From Rebecca billardiae RCC1528 (Eukaryota; Protista; Haptophyta), in the NCBI GenBank assembly GCA_965240325.2, contig OZ251231.1, positions 2,547,988 through 2,611,987 of the forward strand: a stretch of 64,000 nucleotides of DNA. Direction: 5' to 3'. The notes below the pieces were generated by a model. That model searched no databases. It saw only the letters and a program-made list of their open reading frames with translations, and was not told the origin of the DNA. Shown here piece by piece: positions 46,843 to 59,062 of this stretch. The position numbers were made by a program, and so were the translations under genes. Within the stretch, counting starts at the first letter, position 1. The number at the start of each line of letters is the position of its first letter.

Positions 46843-48003
46843 ATGTCCTCTAGCAGCAAGCCGGCTCGGGACAAGCGGATGGACGCGTTCAGCAAGGAGT
46901 GCATGCGCTTCGGGGTGCTCACGCACTTCAAGCACTTCCGCCTCGAACTCCGCGGCCGCGAGGAGCTGCTCGTGAGGATACCGCGCGTCAATCCGCACGT
47001 GGTCGGCCCCGGCGACGACGACCCGGTGGGTGGGGTGGCGGACGCGCTCGAGGCGCTGCGCGTCAACCACGGCCTCGGCTCGAGCACGGAAGTCAGCGCG
47101 GCGGGCGGCGAGGCGGCGGAGGGATGGGGCTACACCCTCGACCCGGCCGACGACGGGTACGACCGCGCGCCCGCCAGCCCAGGCCAGCCCGCCGTGACCG
47201 CCGAGCTCGAGGACGAGGCCGTGTACCTGATTGGCTCGTACATGCACTACCGCCGGCCGTACGTGTGGGTGCGCTCGGGCTTCTCGTTCCTGCCGGCGTT
47301 CAACAGCCCGGGCGGCGTGCGCGAGGCGCGCGCGTTCGACGTGGACACGCCCGTGCGCCTGCGCTCCACCGACTCGTGGAGCGAGCACGGCTCGGCGTCC
47401 GCGCCGCACGTGCACGTGTGGGACGTGGTGGGCGACATCGTGCGCGTCTCGCGCGCGCGGCCGCCGAGGAACCCGTTCGAGGTGGACTTGGACGCGCTGC
47501 GCGCGGCGCAGCCGCTCGAGCGGCTCCACGCCACCGCCGCGCTGCTCCACTTCCTCCGCGAGCTGCACCTGTCGGACGCGCACGCCGAGCTGGTCGAGCG
47601 CGACTACCTGCACGTGCTCACCGCGCACTACGCGGCGCTGGCAGACGTCGCCAGCCCGCCCTCGCCGAGCGGGCTGGCGCGGAGCGCGCGCGCGTCGGCG
47701 GCGAGCAGCGGGAGCGCGGCGAGCCTCCTGACGCTGTCGCCCACGCCGCTCCGCGGCGGGCCGCGATGGCAGCAGATGCCGGCCTCGCCAACCGACGGGC
47801 TGAGCCCAACGACACCCGAGTGGCTGCCCGCGCCGCCGCCGGCGCACAGGCGACCTCCGCGCTCGCCCGCGCCCAGCCTGACGCAGCTGCAGTCCCTGCA
47901 GTCCGTGCCGGCAACGCCGCCGCCGCCGCGCTCGCCCGCGCCGGGCTCTCAGCCGCAGTCCGTGCCGCCGACGCCACCACCGCCTCCATCGTGTGGCCGC
48001 TAG
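46843..48003 (+). CDS. Uncharacterised eukaryotic protein with a Pro/Ser-rich tail
   Basis: Motifs LRGREELL, YRRPYVWVRS, VWDVVGDIV and PRNPFEVD look like a conserved globular domain; coding bias. Confidence 0.7.
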   Translation: MSSSSKPARDKRMDAFSKECMRFGVLTHFKHFRLELRGREELLVRIPRVNPHVVGPGDDDPVGGVADALEALRVNHGLGSSTEVSAAGGEAAEGWGYTLDPADDGYDRAPASPGQPAVTAELEDEAVYLIGSYMHYRRPYVWVRSGFSFLPAFNSPGGVREARAFDVDTPVRLRSTDSWSEHGSASAPHVHVWDVVGDIVRVSRARPPRNPFEVDLDALRAAQPLERLHATAALLHFLRELHLSDAHAELVERDYLHVLTAHYAALADVASPPSPSGLARSARASAASSGSAASLLTLSPTPLRGGPRWQQMPASPTDGLSPTTPEWLPAPPPAHRRPPRSPAPSLTQLQSLQSVPATPPPPRSPAPGSQPQSVPPTPPPPPSCGR

Positions 48004-48721
48004 CAGCGGGCCGCGCCGGCTGGCGCTGACGGCGCAAGGCCCGCGCCGGGTTGAGAGGCGCCCGCGCGACGGGGCAGGCAGGCTTTTCGCGTCCAGCTCG
48101 GGACGGCTGGCAGCGGTGGTGCGCGACCGCCCACTCGCACTTGTCATCTCTGGCAACGGGTTGCCGCGCAGCCTTCACCGTGCGGTCCGCCCGTCCCGCG
48201 GTGGAGTCTCCGATTTTCCCGCCGCCGCCGTTATTTGCGTCGCGCTGTGGCGGCCGGCGCTGGCGGTGTGACGCTTGCCACCACCCGGGGCAAGGAACAG
48301 TCCGCCAGTGTCGACGCTCCTCAGCGGCCCGGGCGCCGCAGACGCCCCATGAAGCCGTGCGATTCTGCGCGCTCGGGCTCGACTGAGTCTACTACACATG
48401 CCACCGCTAAGCAGTCCGAGTACTCAGTATTGAGCTATCATAGTAGCACGAAGCCCTGGCGGCAGTCAACTGATCAAGACCTGATGAAGACAACAGTGTC
48501 ATCAGCACGGTAGCTCAAAAAGGGCCCCAGCCCCCATGCTGAAAACCGCTCAGCAGGCGGCGGACAAGGGAGCTGGCCAGCTCAGCAGCCACGCGGCGAG
48601 CGCCAACGCCCGCCGCCGCCGGCCTTGGTGCGCACGCCTGCCGTGGGCGTCTTCCGCTCAGCGCGCGGGCAGCAGCGCAAGCGCTCCGAGTGCGGCCGTC
48701 TAGGAGCGGCTGCACGGCGCC

Positions 48722-50236
48722 ATGTGCGGGATCGTGGCCTACATGGGTGACGACGACGCCACGCCCTTCCTCGTCGGCGGCCTCAAGCGCCTCGAGTACC
48801 GCGGATACGACTCGGCCGGCATCGCGCTGCTCGTGCGGCCGGGCGACGACGGCAGCTCGCACTTCGAGGTGGTGAAGCGCGCGGGCAAGGTGGCCAACTT
48901 GGAGGGCGTCCTGCCCACGCGCACGAATGGCAGCCGCCCGACGCTCGGCATCGCGCACACGCGCTGGGCGACGCACGGCGCGCCCAACGATGTGAACGCA
49001 CACCCGCACCTCAGCCAGAGCGGCCGGATCGCCGTCGTGCACAACGGCGTGATCGAGAACTTCTCGGCGCTGCGCGAGGAGCTCACGCGGAAGGGGTACG
49101 CGCCCATCTCGCAGACGGACACCGAGCTCTTCGCGCACCTCATCGAGGACGTGCAGCGCGAGGGCGGGCTGCCGCTCGACGCGGCGGTGCGGCAGGCGCT
49201 CACGCAGGTCGAGGGCGCGTTCGGCATCGCCGTGCTCTCGCTCGACGACCCGGACACGCTGATCGGCGCGCGGCGCGGCTCGCCGCTGATCATGGGCATC
49301 ACCGACCCCACCGCCGACTCGCACGGCGCCGCCTTCTTCCTCGCGAGCGACGCGTCCGCCGTGGTGGAGCACACGCGGCACGTGCTCTACTTTGAGGACT
49401 CGGAGATGGTCGTGATCCGCCGGGGCAAGGGGTACGAGCTGATGACGCTGGCGAACGTCACGCTCTCGCGCGAGGTGCAGCAGCTGGAGCTCTCGCTCGC
49501 GCAGATCCAGAAGGGCTCGTACAAGCACTTCATGCTTAAGGAGATCTCCGAGCAGCCGGACGCGCTGCAGACGACGATGCGCGGCCGCATCAGCCTCGAG
49601 GGCGGGCACGCGAGCATCATGTTCGGCGGCCTCGAGCCGCTGATGCCGCGGCTGGCGAGCGCGCGGCGCTTCGTCTTCTGCGCGTGCGGCACGTCGTGGC
49701 ACGCCGCGCTCGTCGGCGAGTACCTCATCGAGCAGCTCGCCGGCATCAACGTCGAGGTCGAGTACGCGTCCGAGTTCCGGTACCGCCACCCGATCCTCGC
49801 CAAGCGGCAGGCGGAGGAGGATGTCGTCTTCGTGATCTCGCAGTCGGGCGAGACGGCGGACACGCTGGCGGCGGCGCAGTACGCGCGGCGGAAGGGGCTG
49901 CTCGCGCTGGGCATCTGCAACGTCGTCGGCTCCTCCATCGCGCGCGAGACCGACGCGGGCATCTACCTGCACGCCGGCCCAGAGATCGGCGTCGCCTCGA
50001 CCAAGGCGTTCACCGCGCAGATCACCGTGCTCACGATGCTCGCGCTCAAGCTCGGCCGCTACCGCGAGGAGATCTCGCAGGAGCGGTACGACGAGCACGT
50101 GCGCGAGCTGCTCGGCCTGCCCGAGAAGATGCGCGACATCTTTGCGCAGTGCGACAAGATCTACGAGATGTCGCGCGTGTACAGGTACGCGCACAACTTC
50201 CTGTACCTCGGGCGCGGCTACTGCTTCCCGGTCGCG

Positions 50237-50274
<38 letters not shown>

Positions 50275-50874
50275 TCATGCGGAGGGGTGCGCGCGCGCTC
50301 GCGCGCGGGCGGGCGGGCGGCGCCGGCGGCGCGGGGCGGCGCGGATCGGGGGCCTCGTCCCGCGCGCCGAGCCGCGAGCGCGCACCCCTCCGCACCCCTC
50401 CGCGCACCTCGCGCACCCCGCACACGGCAGGTACGCGGCCGCTGAGATGAAGCACGGCCCGATCGCGCTGATCGATGAGTTCATGCCGGTCGTGGTGATC
50501 GCGCCGCGCTCGGACGCCACCTACGACAAGCTGCGCTCGAACATACAGGCATGCGCGCGCGCTCGCACCCCGCGCCCTGACGCGGGCCCAAGACGTGCTC
50601 ACGCCCGCTGCCGCCGCCCGCGCCATGCCCGCGGCCGGCCCGCTCGCAGGAGGTGCTTGCCCGGCGCGGCTCTGTGATCGCCATCACCGAGGTGGGCAAC
50701 AACGACCTGGACGCAGACTGCGAGTACGTGATCAAGATTCCGCACGTGTCGGACTTCCTCACGCCCATCCTCACCGTGCTGCCGCTGCAGCTGCTCAGCT
50801 ACTACATCGCCGACATGCGAGGGTGCAACGTTGACCAACCGCGCAACCTGGCCAAGAGCGTCACTGTGGAGTGA
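48722..50874 (+). CDS. glmS: Glutamine:fructose-6-phosphate aminotransferase (isomerizing), bacterial-type; exons 48722-50286, 50431-50548, 50650-50874
   Basis: MCGIV (catalytic Cys), LEYRGYDSAG, HTRWATHG, SQSGETADT, AGPEIGVASTK, EMKHGP, DQPRNLAKSVTVE. Confidence 0.96.
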
Positions 50875-51552
50875 GTGAGTGAGTTGGCAACTCCGACTAC
50901 GAACTCTGAGGTAGTCTACAATGATGTTCGGCGCATTATTTAATTAATAAATATATATTATTATTATTACAGTTTACTTCAGTGCTGATGATGCACTGGA
51001 CGCTCGGACGGCCGGCGCCGGCGTTCGGGCTCGGCAGAGACCCTGGCCGACGGCGACTGACGACTCTGACAGTCAGTGACAGTCTGAGAATAATCGTTAT
51101 AGCAGCTCCGTAGCCTAGTAGCAGAGTCTAACCCGCAATGCCGGGCGTGGCCCGCCGGCGTGCGCGGTGCGCTGGTCGGCGGCGTCGTCATCGATCATGT
51201 AGGTTTTAGTCGCGCGTCACTTTCGCACTGCCTGCCTAGTGCCTGAGCTCGGTGTGCGCGTCTCTAGTATTCTTAGTAAACTGTAGTACTGTACGTATCT
51301 CGCCTGCTGCCTGAGCTGATGTGTGCGTCTGCTCTTATTCATAGTAAACTGTACTGTGCGATGAAGGATGGCGCGGCAACCTGCCACCGTGGGCGTGAGC
51401 CTTACGCACGTTACGGTTAAAACAAATAAACTGTAGTTACCCGCGTGCGTCACTTTTCGTCAGCGTCGCCTTTTTCGTCGCGCATCAAAAAGAAACTCCA
51501 ACGGCAATATGATGGCGGCGAGTGCGGCGACGACGCTCCACGCAGCGAACTG

Positions 51553-54291
51553 ATGGGGGCGTCGAGGCGCGTCATCACGCTCCTGGCGGGGCTGGCCATC
51601 GTCGCGCAGCTTGCCTTCGTGCTGCAAGCACCGGGCTCTAAGACGCACGCCGTCGACAGCGCGCGCTTCGCCCAGGGCGTGTCGCACGCGGCAGCGCCTC
51701 GCGTCGCGGCGCTACAGGCATCGGCGGGCCGCGGGCGCGATGGCGGGACCGCTGTGTCGAGCGATGGCGATGCGAGCGGTGGCGCGGCCGACGATGCGCA
51801 CATCGCCCCTTCTGCCTCAGCTGCCCTCCCCACGCAGCCGCAGCCACGCGCGCCGAGGCCGGCTCAGCTCAACATCGCGACGGAGGGCGTGCAGTTTGGC
51901 TCTGTGAAGCTGCCGCCCGCGCCGGCGCGGCTGACGGTGGCGTTCTCGAATGTGGGTATGAAGGCGTACGCCCTGAACTGGCTGCTGCACGCGCGCGCCG
52001 TGCCCGCCCTGTGGCCGTACCTGCTCGTCTCGCTCGACGCGCAGATGCACGCCGAGGCGGAGCGGCTGGGCGAGCCGTCTGTGCCGGCCGAGCTGCTGCA
52101 CAAGAACTCGTCCCTCGTGCTCAAGCGGCAGAACTCGTGGATCCGCAACGACGTGGTGGAGTTCAAGAAGCTGGGCAAGGTGAAGGCCCTGTTCACCGAG
52201 CAGCTGCTCACGCTGGGCTACGACGTGCTGCTCTCCGACGTCGACTCCGTCTTCCTCGCCGATCCGGGTCCGTACCTGGGCGGCGCCATGACGCCCCACC
52301 TGGCGGAGGCGGACTTGCTCGTCACCAACGACTACGCCGACGCGGCGCGCGACCTGGACCAGTCGACGGTGTTCAACACGGGCGCGCTGATGCTGCGCGC
52401 CGGCCCGCGCGCCATCGCGTTCGTCCGCGAGTGGGCGGTGCGCACCGAGCGCACCGGCCTGATCGGCAACGACCAGACCGAGCTGAACCGGCTGCTGGTC
52501 GGGCAGTACCGGGACGACGACTACTCGTGCACGACGCCAGAGTGCCTGCAGCCGCGCAAGGAGTCGGTGCGCGCGCTGGCGGTGTACGCGGCCGTGGGGC
52601 CCGACGCGACGCCGTGCCCCGAGCCCGCCGCCGCAGCGCGGGCCGACGGCGGCACGCCCCAGCCGCCGCCGTGCGTGTGGAGCGCCGAGCCCGCGGAGGC
52701 GGACGGCAGCACCGGCCTCACGCGCGTGGACGTGCGCACGGCGCGCGGCGCGCTCGCCGACTTCGAGGCGCGGCAGCGGGAGCTGCGGCGCGAGGTGCCG
52801 GCGGGCGCGCGGCGCGTGCCGTACTGGATGTGGGGCGGGCGCGTGCGCGTCGGGCTGCTCTCAATGGGCCACTTCATGCAGGGCCACACCTTCTTTGTGC
52901 AGCACCTGCACGAGCAGTGGGCCACGCAGCCTGTGCACGTGCACGTCACGTACACGCAGTCCGGCGACTTTGGCAAGAAGCTCAGGCTGCGCTCGGCGGG
53001 GCTGTGGCAGGCGGAGAGCGCGGAGTACTACTCGAGCGGCGACTTTGTGCACGTGGTCGGCATGCGCGAGGCGCTGCTCGCGCTGCTGCAGGCGCAGCCC
53101 TTCGCCCCCGGCGTGTGGGCGTGCGCGCCTGGCGAGAGGCCATCGCGCTTCTTTGACGGCCTGGCGCTCGACGGGCCCGAGCTGCGCTTCGCTCGGCCTG
53201 CGCCGCACGCGAGCGCCGCGCAGCCGTGCTACCACCCGTCGCGGCTCGTGCCCGAGGTGTCGACCGGCCCGCTCGCGCTCTCCACCCCGTTCGAGACGCT
53301 CACCGACCCCGCGGCGGCGCACGTGCGCTCGCAGCACCTCACGAGGCTCGTGCTGCGCAACGCGCTCGCGCTCAGCTCCGCGCTCGGCCGCCGTCTGGTG
53401 CTGCCCGCGCTCTGGTGCCTGTGCGATCGGTACTGGTGGCAGCTGCGCGACTGCCGCATGCCGGGCGCGCTGTCGCTCCCGCTGCCCTTCGAGTGCCCCC
53501 TGGACAACGCGCTCAACATCGACGACTGGGAGCGGCTGCCGCCGAGCACCGTGCGCTTTGTGGAGGCAGCCTTCCTGCGCAACAAGCGCACGCACGCGCA
53601 GATCAGTGCGGAGACGAGCGCCGCCACGCTGCGCGTCGCGCGCGACGGGGCGACGCGCGCGGCTGACCCACTGCCCGACGCGGAGGGCATGTGGCCCCCG
53701 GACGGCGGTGGCGCGACGCTCCCCGACGCGCCAGTGGTGAGCGCGCCCTCGGGCGCCACCATCGAGAGCCTCGTCGACGCGCTGGCCGCGAATCCGCGCG
53801 CACGCGCGTCGCGTGTGCTGCGCGTGAGCGCAGCCTCGCTGCTGCGCATCGCGCCGTGCGGCTTCGCCGAGCCCAAGGCGCGCACCGAGTTCGAGCGTGC
53901 CGTGCTGCAGCACGCCTTCGGCGGGCAGCACTCCTACTGCTCGTCCGAGCGCAACCCCAACCTCGGGCTGGTGATGGCGGAGGCGAAGCGCGCCGGGCTG
54001 ACGGAGGAGCACGGGCTGCTCACGCGGCGCAACTGCACGGGCAACCCCGCCAACGCGTTCAACAAGCCGAAGGTCGACCTCGGGCCGGACGCGCTCAAGT
54101 TCGCGCCGGAGTGCGCGCCTGCCGGTGGCAGCGGCGCGGGCGGCGCTGTGCGCTCGGTGGCTGCCCACGTGTTCGACACAGTGCTCCGCAATGTATCGGG
54201 CTGGGAGGAGCGCGTGCTCGCAAACGCACTGCCAGCAGTCTCAGCCGCCAGCGGGACTGGGAGCGCGGCGGCGCAGGCCACCGTCGCCTAG
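51553..54291 (+). CDS. GT77 nucleotide-diphospho-sugar transferase, XEG113-like type II membrane glycosyltransferase
   Basis: N-terminal TM; YDVLLSDVDSVF (DxD), FNTG, NDQTELN, FMQGHTFFVQ, GKKLRLRSAGLW, LVLPALWCLCDRYW, LPFECPLD. Confidence 0.85.
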   Translation: MGASRRVITLLAGLAIVAQLAFVLQAPGSKTHAVDSARFAQGVSHAAAPRVAALQASAGRGRDGGTAVSSDGDASGGAADDAHIAPSASAALPTQPQPRAPRPAQLNIATEGVQFGSVKLPPAPARLTVAFSNVGMKAYALNWLLHARAVPALWPYLLVSLDAQMHAEAERLGEPSVPAELLHKNSSLVLKRQNSWIRNDVVEFKKLGKVKALFTEQLLTLGYDVLLSDVDSVFLADPGPYLGGAMTPHLAEADLLVTNDYADAARDLDQSTVFNTGALMLRAGPRAIAFVREWAVRTERTGLIGNDQTELNRLLVGQYRDDDYSCTTPECLQPRKESVRALAVYAAVGPDATPCPEPAAAARADGGTPQPPPCVWSAEPAEADGSTGLTRVDVRTARGALADFEARQRELRREVPAGARRVPYWMWGGRVRVGLLSMGHFMQGHTFFVQHLHEQWATQPVHVHVTYTQSGDFGKKLRLRSAGLWQAESAEYYSSGDFVHVVGMREALLALLQAQPFAPGVWACAPGERPSRFFDGLALDGPELRFARPAPHASAAQPCYHPSRLVPEVSTGPLALSTPFETLTDPAAAHVRSQHLTRLVLRNALALSSALGRRLVLPALWCLCDRYWWQLRDCRMPGALSLPLPFECPLDNALNIDDWERLPPSTVRFVEAAFLRNKRTHAQISAETSAATLRVARDGATRAADPLPDAEGMWPPDGGGATLPDAPVVSAPSGATIESLVDALAANPRARASRVLRVSAASLLRIAPCGFAEPKARTEFERAVLQHAFGGQHSYCSSERNPNLGLVMAEAKRAGLTEEHGLLTRRNCTGNPANAFNKPKVDLGPDALKFAPECAPAGGSGAGGAVRSVAAHVFDTVLRNVSGWEERVLANALPAVSAASGTGSAAAQATVA

Positions 54292-54541
54292 CAGTCAGTG
54301 GACAGTCACAGTGCCATCAGAGACATGCAGGCTACGAGCAGCACTCGCGACTCGGCAAGCGCGGTCTGCAGCTTAGCAGGCCATGAAGTAGCCATCAAGT
54401 AGGGGCCAAGTCGGGTCGACGCCATCGTTGATCGTAGATCGTTCGCCGAATCGCCGGTGATCGTTGATGGACGTTGGTTGATTTTGGGGCCTAAAAAGTT
54501 GATAAGTCCGTGACGTGGCCGGCTTCTGAGTTGAGGAGCTC

Positions 54542-56508
54542 ATGACGATGCACGGCGTCCTCACGGCCCTAGCGGCGCTGCTGCTCTTCGCCGGCTGCGC
54601 GCAGTGCGGCGAGGCCGACGCGCCCTACGCGTGCCCCGTGCGGCCACCTGCCTCCGTCGCCCCTGGCACCGACGCGTACAAGCGCAAGCCCGTCGTGGAC
54701 GGCGCGATCAAGTTCATCGGCGGCAAGAAGGCGCCATATGCCGGCAAGTCAATCGACGTCACGAGCCCGATCTTTGACGAGAAGACGGGCGCGCGCGCAG
54801 TGCTCGGGAAGCTCGCGCAGCTCGAAGAGGAGGACGCCGTCGCCGCCGTGCGCGCCGCGGCGGACGCGTGGGACCGCGGGCAGGGCGTGTGGCCGCAGAT
54901 GTCGCTGGGCGAGCGCATCGCTGCCGTCGAGAGGCTGATCGTCGAGCTCACCAAGAAGCGCGAGGACATCATCGAGCTGCTCATGTGGGAGATCTGGTGT
55001 GCTTTTGGGGTGGCACGCCCGTCCGCCGCCGGCGCGCGCGTCATGGCCGCGCGCAACACGCTGCGCGGCGGCCCTTACAGATCTCCCTTCCCCGCGCGCA
55101 CGCCCGTCTGCCCATCCGCCCTTCGCAGCAAGACGACCTCCGACGCGGCGAAGGAGTTTGACCGCACGATCGATTTCGTGCGCGCGGCGATCGAGGAGGT
55201 GCGCAGGGACCCCTCGATGTGCGCCGGTCTCGCCGAGTGGACGGAGCTCAGCGGCACGCGCGTGCGCGCGCGCCGCGGCCCGGTCGGCGTGGTGCTCGGC
55301 CTCGCGCCCTTCAACTACCCGCTCAACGAGATGTACGCGATGCTGATGCCCGCGCTGCTCATGGGCAACACGGCGGTGATCAAGCTGCCGGCGACAGGCG
55401 GGTGCGCGCGCGCGCGCGCGCGCGCGGCCCCACGAGCCGAGGGAGAGTGCGCCCGCGCTGCGCGAGGCCGCGCGCGCGAGCGAAGACGCGCTGGCCAACG
55501 GCCGGTGCGCACTCTGCGATGCGCCGCGGCCGCAGGCTGGTACACATCTTGACGGTGGACGCGTTCGCCAAGGCGCTCCCGCCCGGCGTGGTCAACTTTG
55601 TGAGCGGCTCGGGGCGCAAGACGATGCCCCCCATCATGAGCACCGGCCTCGTCGACGTGCTCGGCTTCATCGGCGGCACGTCGGCGATGGACGCGGTGGT
55701 GAAGCAGCACCCCGAGCCTCACAGGCTCAAGGTGTTTGCGCAGCTTGCGGGCAAGAACATGGCGATCGTGCTGCCCGACGCGGACGTGGAGGTGGCGGCG
55801 GAGCAGGTGGCGCTGGGCTCGACCTCGTACAACGGCCAGCGCTGCACCGCGATCAAGCTGATCATGGTCCACGACTCGATCGCCGCCGAGTTTGTCGCCG
55901 CGCTCTCGGAGCGCGTGGCCGCGCTGCGCGCCGGCCTGCCGTGGGAGCCCAAGGTGGCGATCACGCCGCTGCCAGAGCCGGGCAAGCCCAAGTACCTGGA
56001 GGAGCTGATCGGGGACGCGCTGGGCAAGGGCGCCGTGCTGGCGAACGCGGAGCGCGGCGGCGGCGAGCTCGCGGGCGCGCTGATGACCCCCGCCATCGTC
56101 GATTTTGTCAGCCCGCAGATGCGGCTCTTCCACGAGGAGCAGTTTGGGCCGGTCGTGCCCGTGTCGCGCTTCTCGGACGTGGCGCAGGTGCACGCGGCGC
56201 TCAAGGCGTCGTGGAACGGGCAGCAGGCGAGCGTGTTCACGGTGGACCCGCGCGCCGCGGGCGCGCTCGTCGACGCCCTCTCCTCCACCGTCGGCCGCAT
56301 CAACTTCAACGCGCAGTGCAGCCGCGGGCCGGACATGGTGCCGTTCGCGGGCCGGCGCTCGTCCGCGATGGGCACGATGAGCATCAGCGAGGCGCTGCGC
56401 GCCTTCAGCATCGAGACGGTGGTCGCGCACCCCGCCGCCGACGAGGCGGCCACCGCACTCACCGACCAGCTCGAACGCCACTCCAAGTTCCTCGCGCCGC
56501 TGTCCTGA
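54542..56508 (+). CDS. gapN: NADP-dependent non-phosphorylating GAPDH-like aldehyde dehydrogenase with signal peptide; exons 54542-54996, 55129-55401, 55536-56508
   Basis: WEICK...KEFDRT, PFNYPLNE, YNGQRCTAIK (catalytic Cys), EEQFGP, RGPDMVPF. Confidence 0.85.
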
Positions 56509-57017
56509 GCTGGGCGCCGCGCGTTGGCCGGCGGCTGACTATCAGGCACCGGCCAGGGGAGAGAGGTTAGGGTTCTTCAACTAGTAGATACGCGCGCCGT
56601 TTTTCGGAGTAATGCTAGTATGGGGGTCTATCTCGGCCAATCGATCGGTTTGATGAATTCGAGCATCATGTGATGGTCTCGTCAAGTCGTCAGCACTCGT
56701 CAAACCGGTTTTGACCCCCGTTGACATTTTTCCCGCCACTTGATGGCCCCACTCCTCATCATTCACTAGGCTTAGGAGTTGAGTAGCGTTTTCGAGGCGA
56801 ACCGACGAGATCACGAGATCCGGGCGCAATATTCATCAGTGAGTTACTTGAGTTCATCACCCGAGTGGTGGGACGATGGTGGGCTGGAAGTTGCCATGAG
56901 GCGTTAATTGGCGGGTAATTGCCCACAGAGCAAATGGGCAATCATCGACGATTCCCAAGGATTCCGTTCCGCAAAGTGGACACCCTTGGACCCGGCATCC
57001 ACACTTGACCACCGGCT

Positions 57018-58513
57018 ATGGCGAAGGTATCAACGACTTTACCCCCTATCGCGTCCGACCTGCTGCGCGCGCTCCACACCGCGCTCGTCGGGCTCGATGA
57101 GAAGAGCCAAGGCGCAGTGCAGGCCGACTCCTTTCTGAAGGTCTTCACCGCGGTGCGCGCGCACCCCGATGCGTGCGCGTGATGCGGCGTGGGCGCATGC
57201 GGCGAGCTCACGCCGGCCTCGTGCGGCTGACTCGCGCGCGTGCCGCCAATGTGCAGGTGCACCCAAGCGCTTCCGCGATCGAGGCGCAGGCAGCATGGGC
57301 CGCGATTGATCCTGATGGGAACGGGATCGTCAGCTATGAGGCGCTCGCCGCCCGCTTCGGCCTCCGCGCGCAGACGGCGCGCAACGTGGGGAGCAGCAGC
57401 AGCGACGACGAGGATGAGACCGAGGCGGACGGGGAGCCAGAGGACCTGACGCTCGATGCAGTGAGCGTCGAGCAGCAAGCCGAGCTCTTGCACTTTGCTG
57501 GCTACGCGCAGGAGCGGGCGATCACCGAGAAGCGCCACCGTGACCGCAGCCGCGCCATGGCGCTTGCCGCGCGATTCGCCGCAGGCGACCTGCGAGCGCG
57601 GATGAGCACGCACGAGGAGCGCCGCCGGTCGAGCCCGGCGGTTTTGGGCGCGGCCACGCTTCGCTCACGAGTGGGCTTGCTTCCCGGCGTGAGCGAGGTG
57701 CCGATCCCCGCGGACACGCCCGCCGCGGCCTTCTTGCTCGCGTGCGCCGAGGCGCGGCACGAAAACATCAAAGCGGCGCTGCATGCGGGCCGCGTGGACG
57801 TGGACTGCCGGGACGGGCGTGGCGAGACCGCCCTGCACAAGCTGGCGCGCGCCGCCGGAACTGGTGGGCTGCGTACCGTGCGTACGCTCGCGCTGCTCCA
57901 CCAGCACGGCGCAGACATGGACGCGCGCGACATGCACGGCCGCACGGCCGCGCACGTCGCCGCGGCAGCGGGCAGCCCGCTCGCGCTCTGCTTCCTGCTC
58001 TCGAACGGCGCCGACCCGCGGCTGGTCGACCTGCACGGCGCGTCGCTGCTGCACGTGGCCGCATCGCACGCGCGGCCCACCTGCGTTCGCGTCGTGCTCG
58101 AGGCCGACCGCCGCGTCGACGTGAACAGCCAGGACGCGATGGGGCGCACCGCGCTGCACGTCGCCGCGTGCCGCTGCCCGGTCAGCGTCCTCGCCGCATT
58201 GTGCGCGCCCGCGCCCCGTCGCCGCTCGCGACGCGCGCCCGCTCGCGCACCTCGCGCTGAGGCACTCTGCTTCCCTGCCACGCCGCGCGCGATCGGCAGG
58301 ATACGCCGAGGAGCGACGCCGTCGATCGCCGACGCGCGAGGCCTCACCCCCGCGCACCTCGCCAGCATCCACGGCTCGGCCGAGGCCCGCGCGTACCTGG
58401 AGCGCATCCCGCCAGCCGACCTCGCCGCGGCGTCTGAGCAGCTCGAGCTCTCCTCCGCTGTGAGCGACACGCAGCTGCCACCGCACATGTGGCGCCGACG
58501 CGTGACGGTGTGA
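57018..58513 (+). CDS. EF-hand plus ankyrin-repeat protein; exons 57018-57152, 57257-58200, 58300-58513
   Basis: DPDGNGIVSYEAL; GETALHKLA, GRTAAHVAA, GASLLHVAA, GRTALHVAA, GLTPAHLA. Confidence 0.82.
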
Positions 58514-58966
58514 AATCGTCGCACGTCATCGCGGCGGGCATCACCTAGTGCTGTAGTCGACCGGTCCGCGCCGGTGCACTGGCTATAGGCTAATGCTATA
58601 GGCGGCAATTCTGACGTAAGGTACTATGCCATCGCGCCGGGCTTATCAGCTGGCCAATGACGAGTTCTGTCGTCCGCCGCAGCGCCATTGCTCAGGCTTC
58701 ATCATCATCACTTGCATCATCATCGCGTCAAAGTTCGATCAGCCGTTGTGACCCTTATCACAGCGGTTCACTCAAGGCGGTGACTCCGAAACGGCACGTA
58801 GCTGGTCTGCTGGACGGCTGGACCGTCGCCAGGTGCGCCGTCCCGCTCTCTCGGGATGGCGTCCCGCTCTCTCTTCTATATTCCTTTGATAGAACCCCCT
58901 TGCGATGGGACATGACGCCACCGGACTGCGCTGGAGCCGCTGGACGGAACTTCATCATCGGATCGA

Positions 58967-58998
58967 ATATACATATATATATATGTATATATACATAT

Positions 58999-59040
<42 letters not shown>
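58967..59040. repeat. (TA)n/(CA)n microsatellite between convergent genes
   Basis: Directly visible. Confidence 0.95.
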
Positions 59041-59043
<3 letters not shown>

Positions 59044-59062
59044 ATATGCGCTTTGTTCTTCG

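Noticed and set aside
56581-56940. Lower-GC stretch as a transposon remnant
   Set aside because: No terminal repeats or transposase/RT motifs seen
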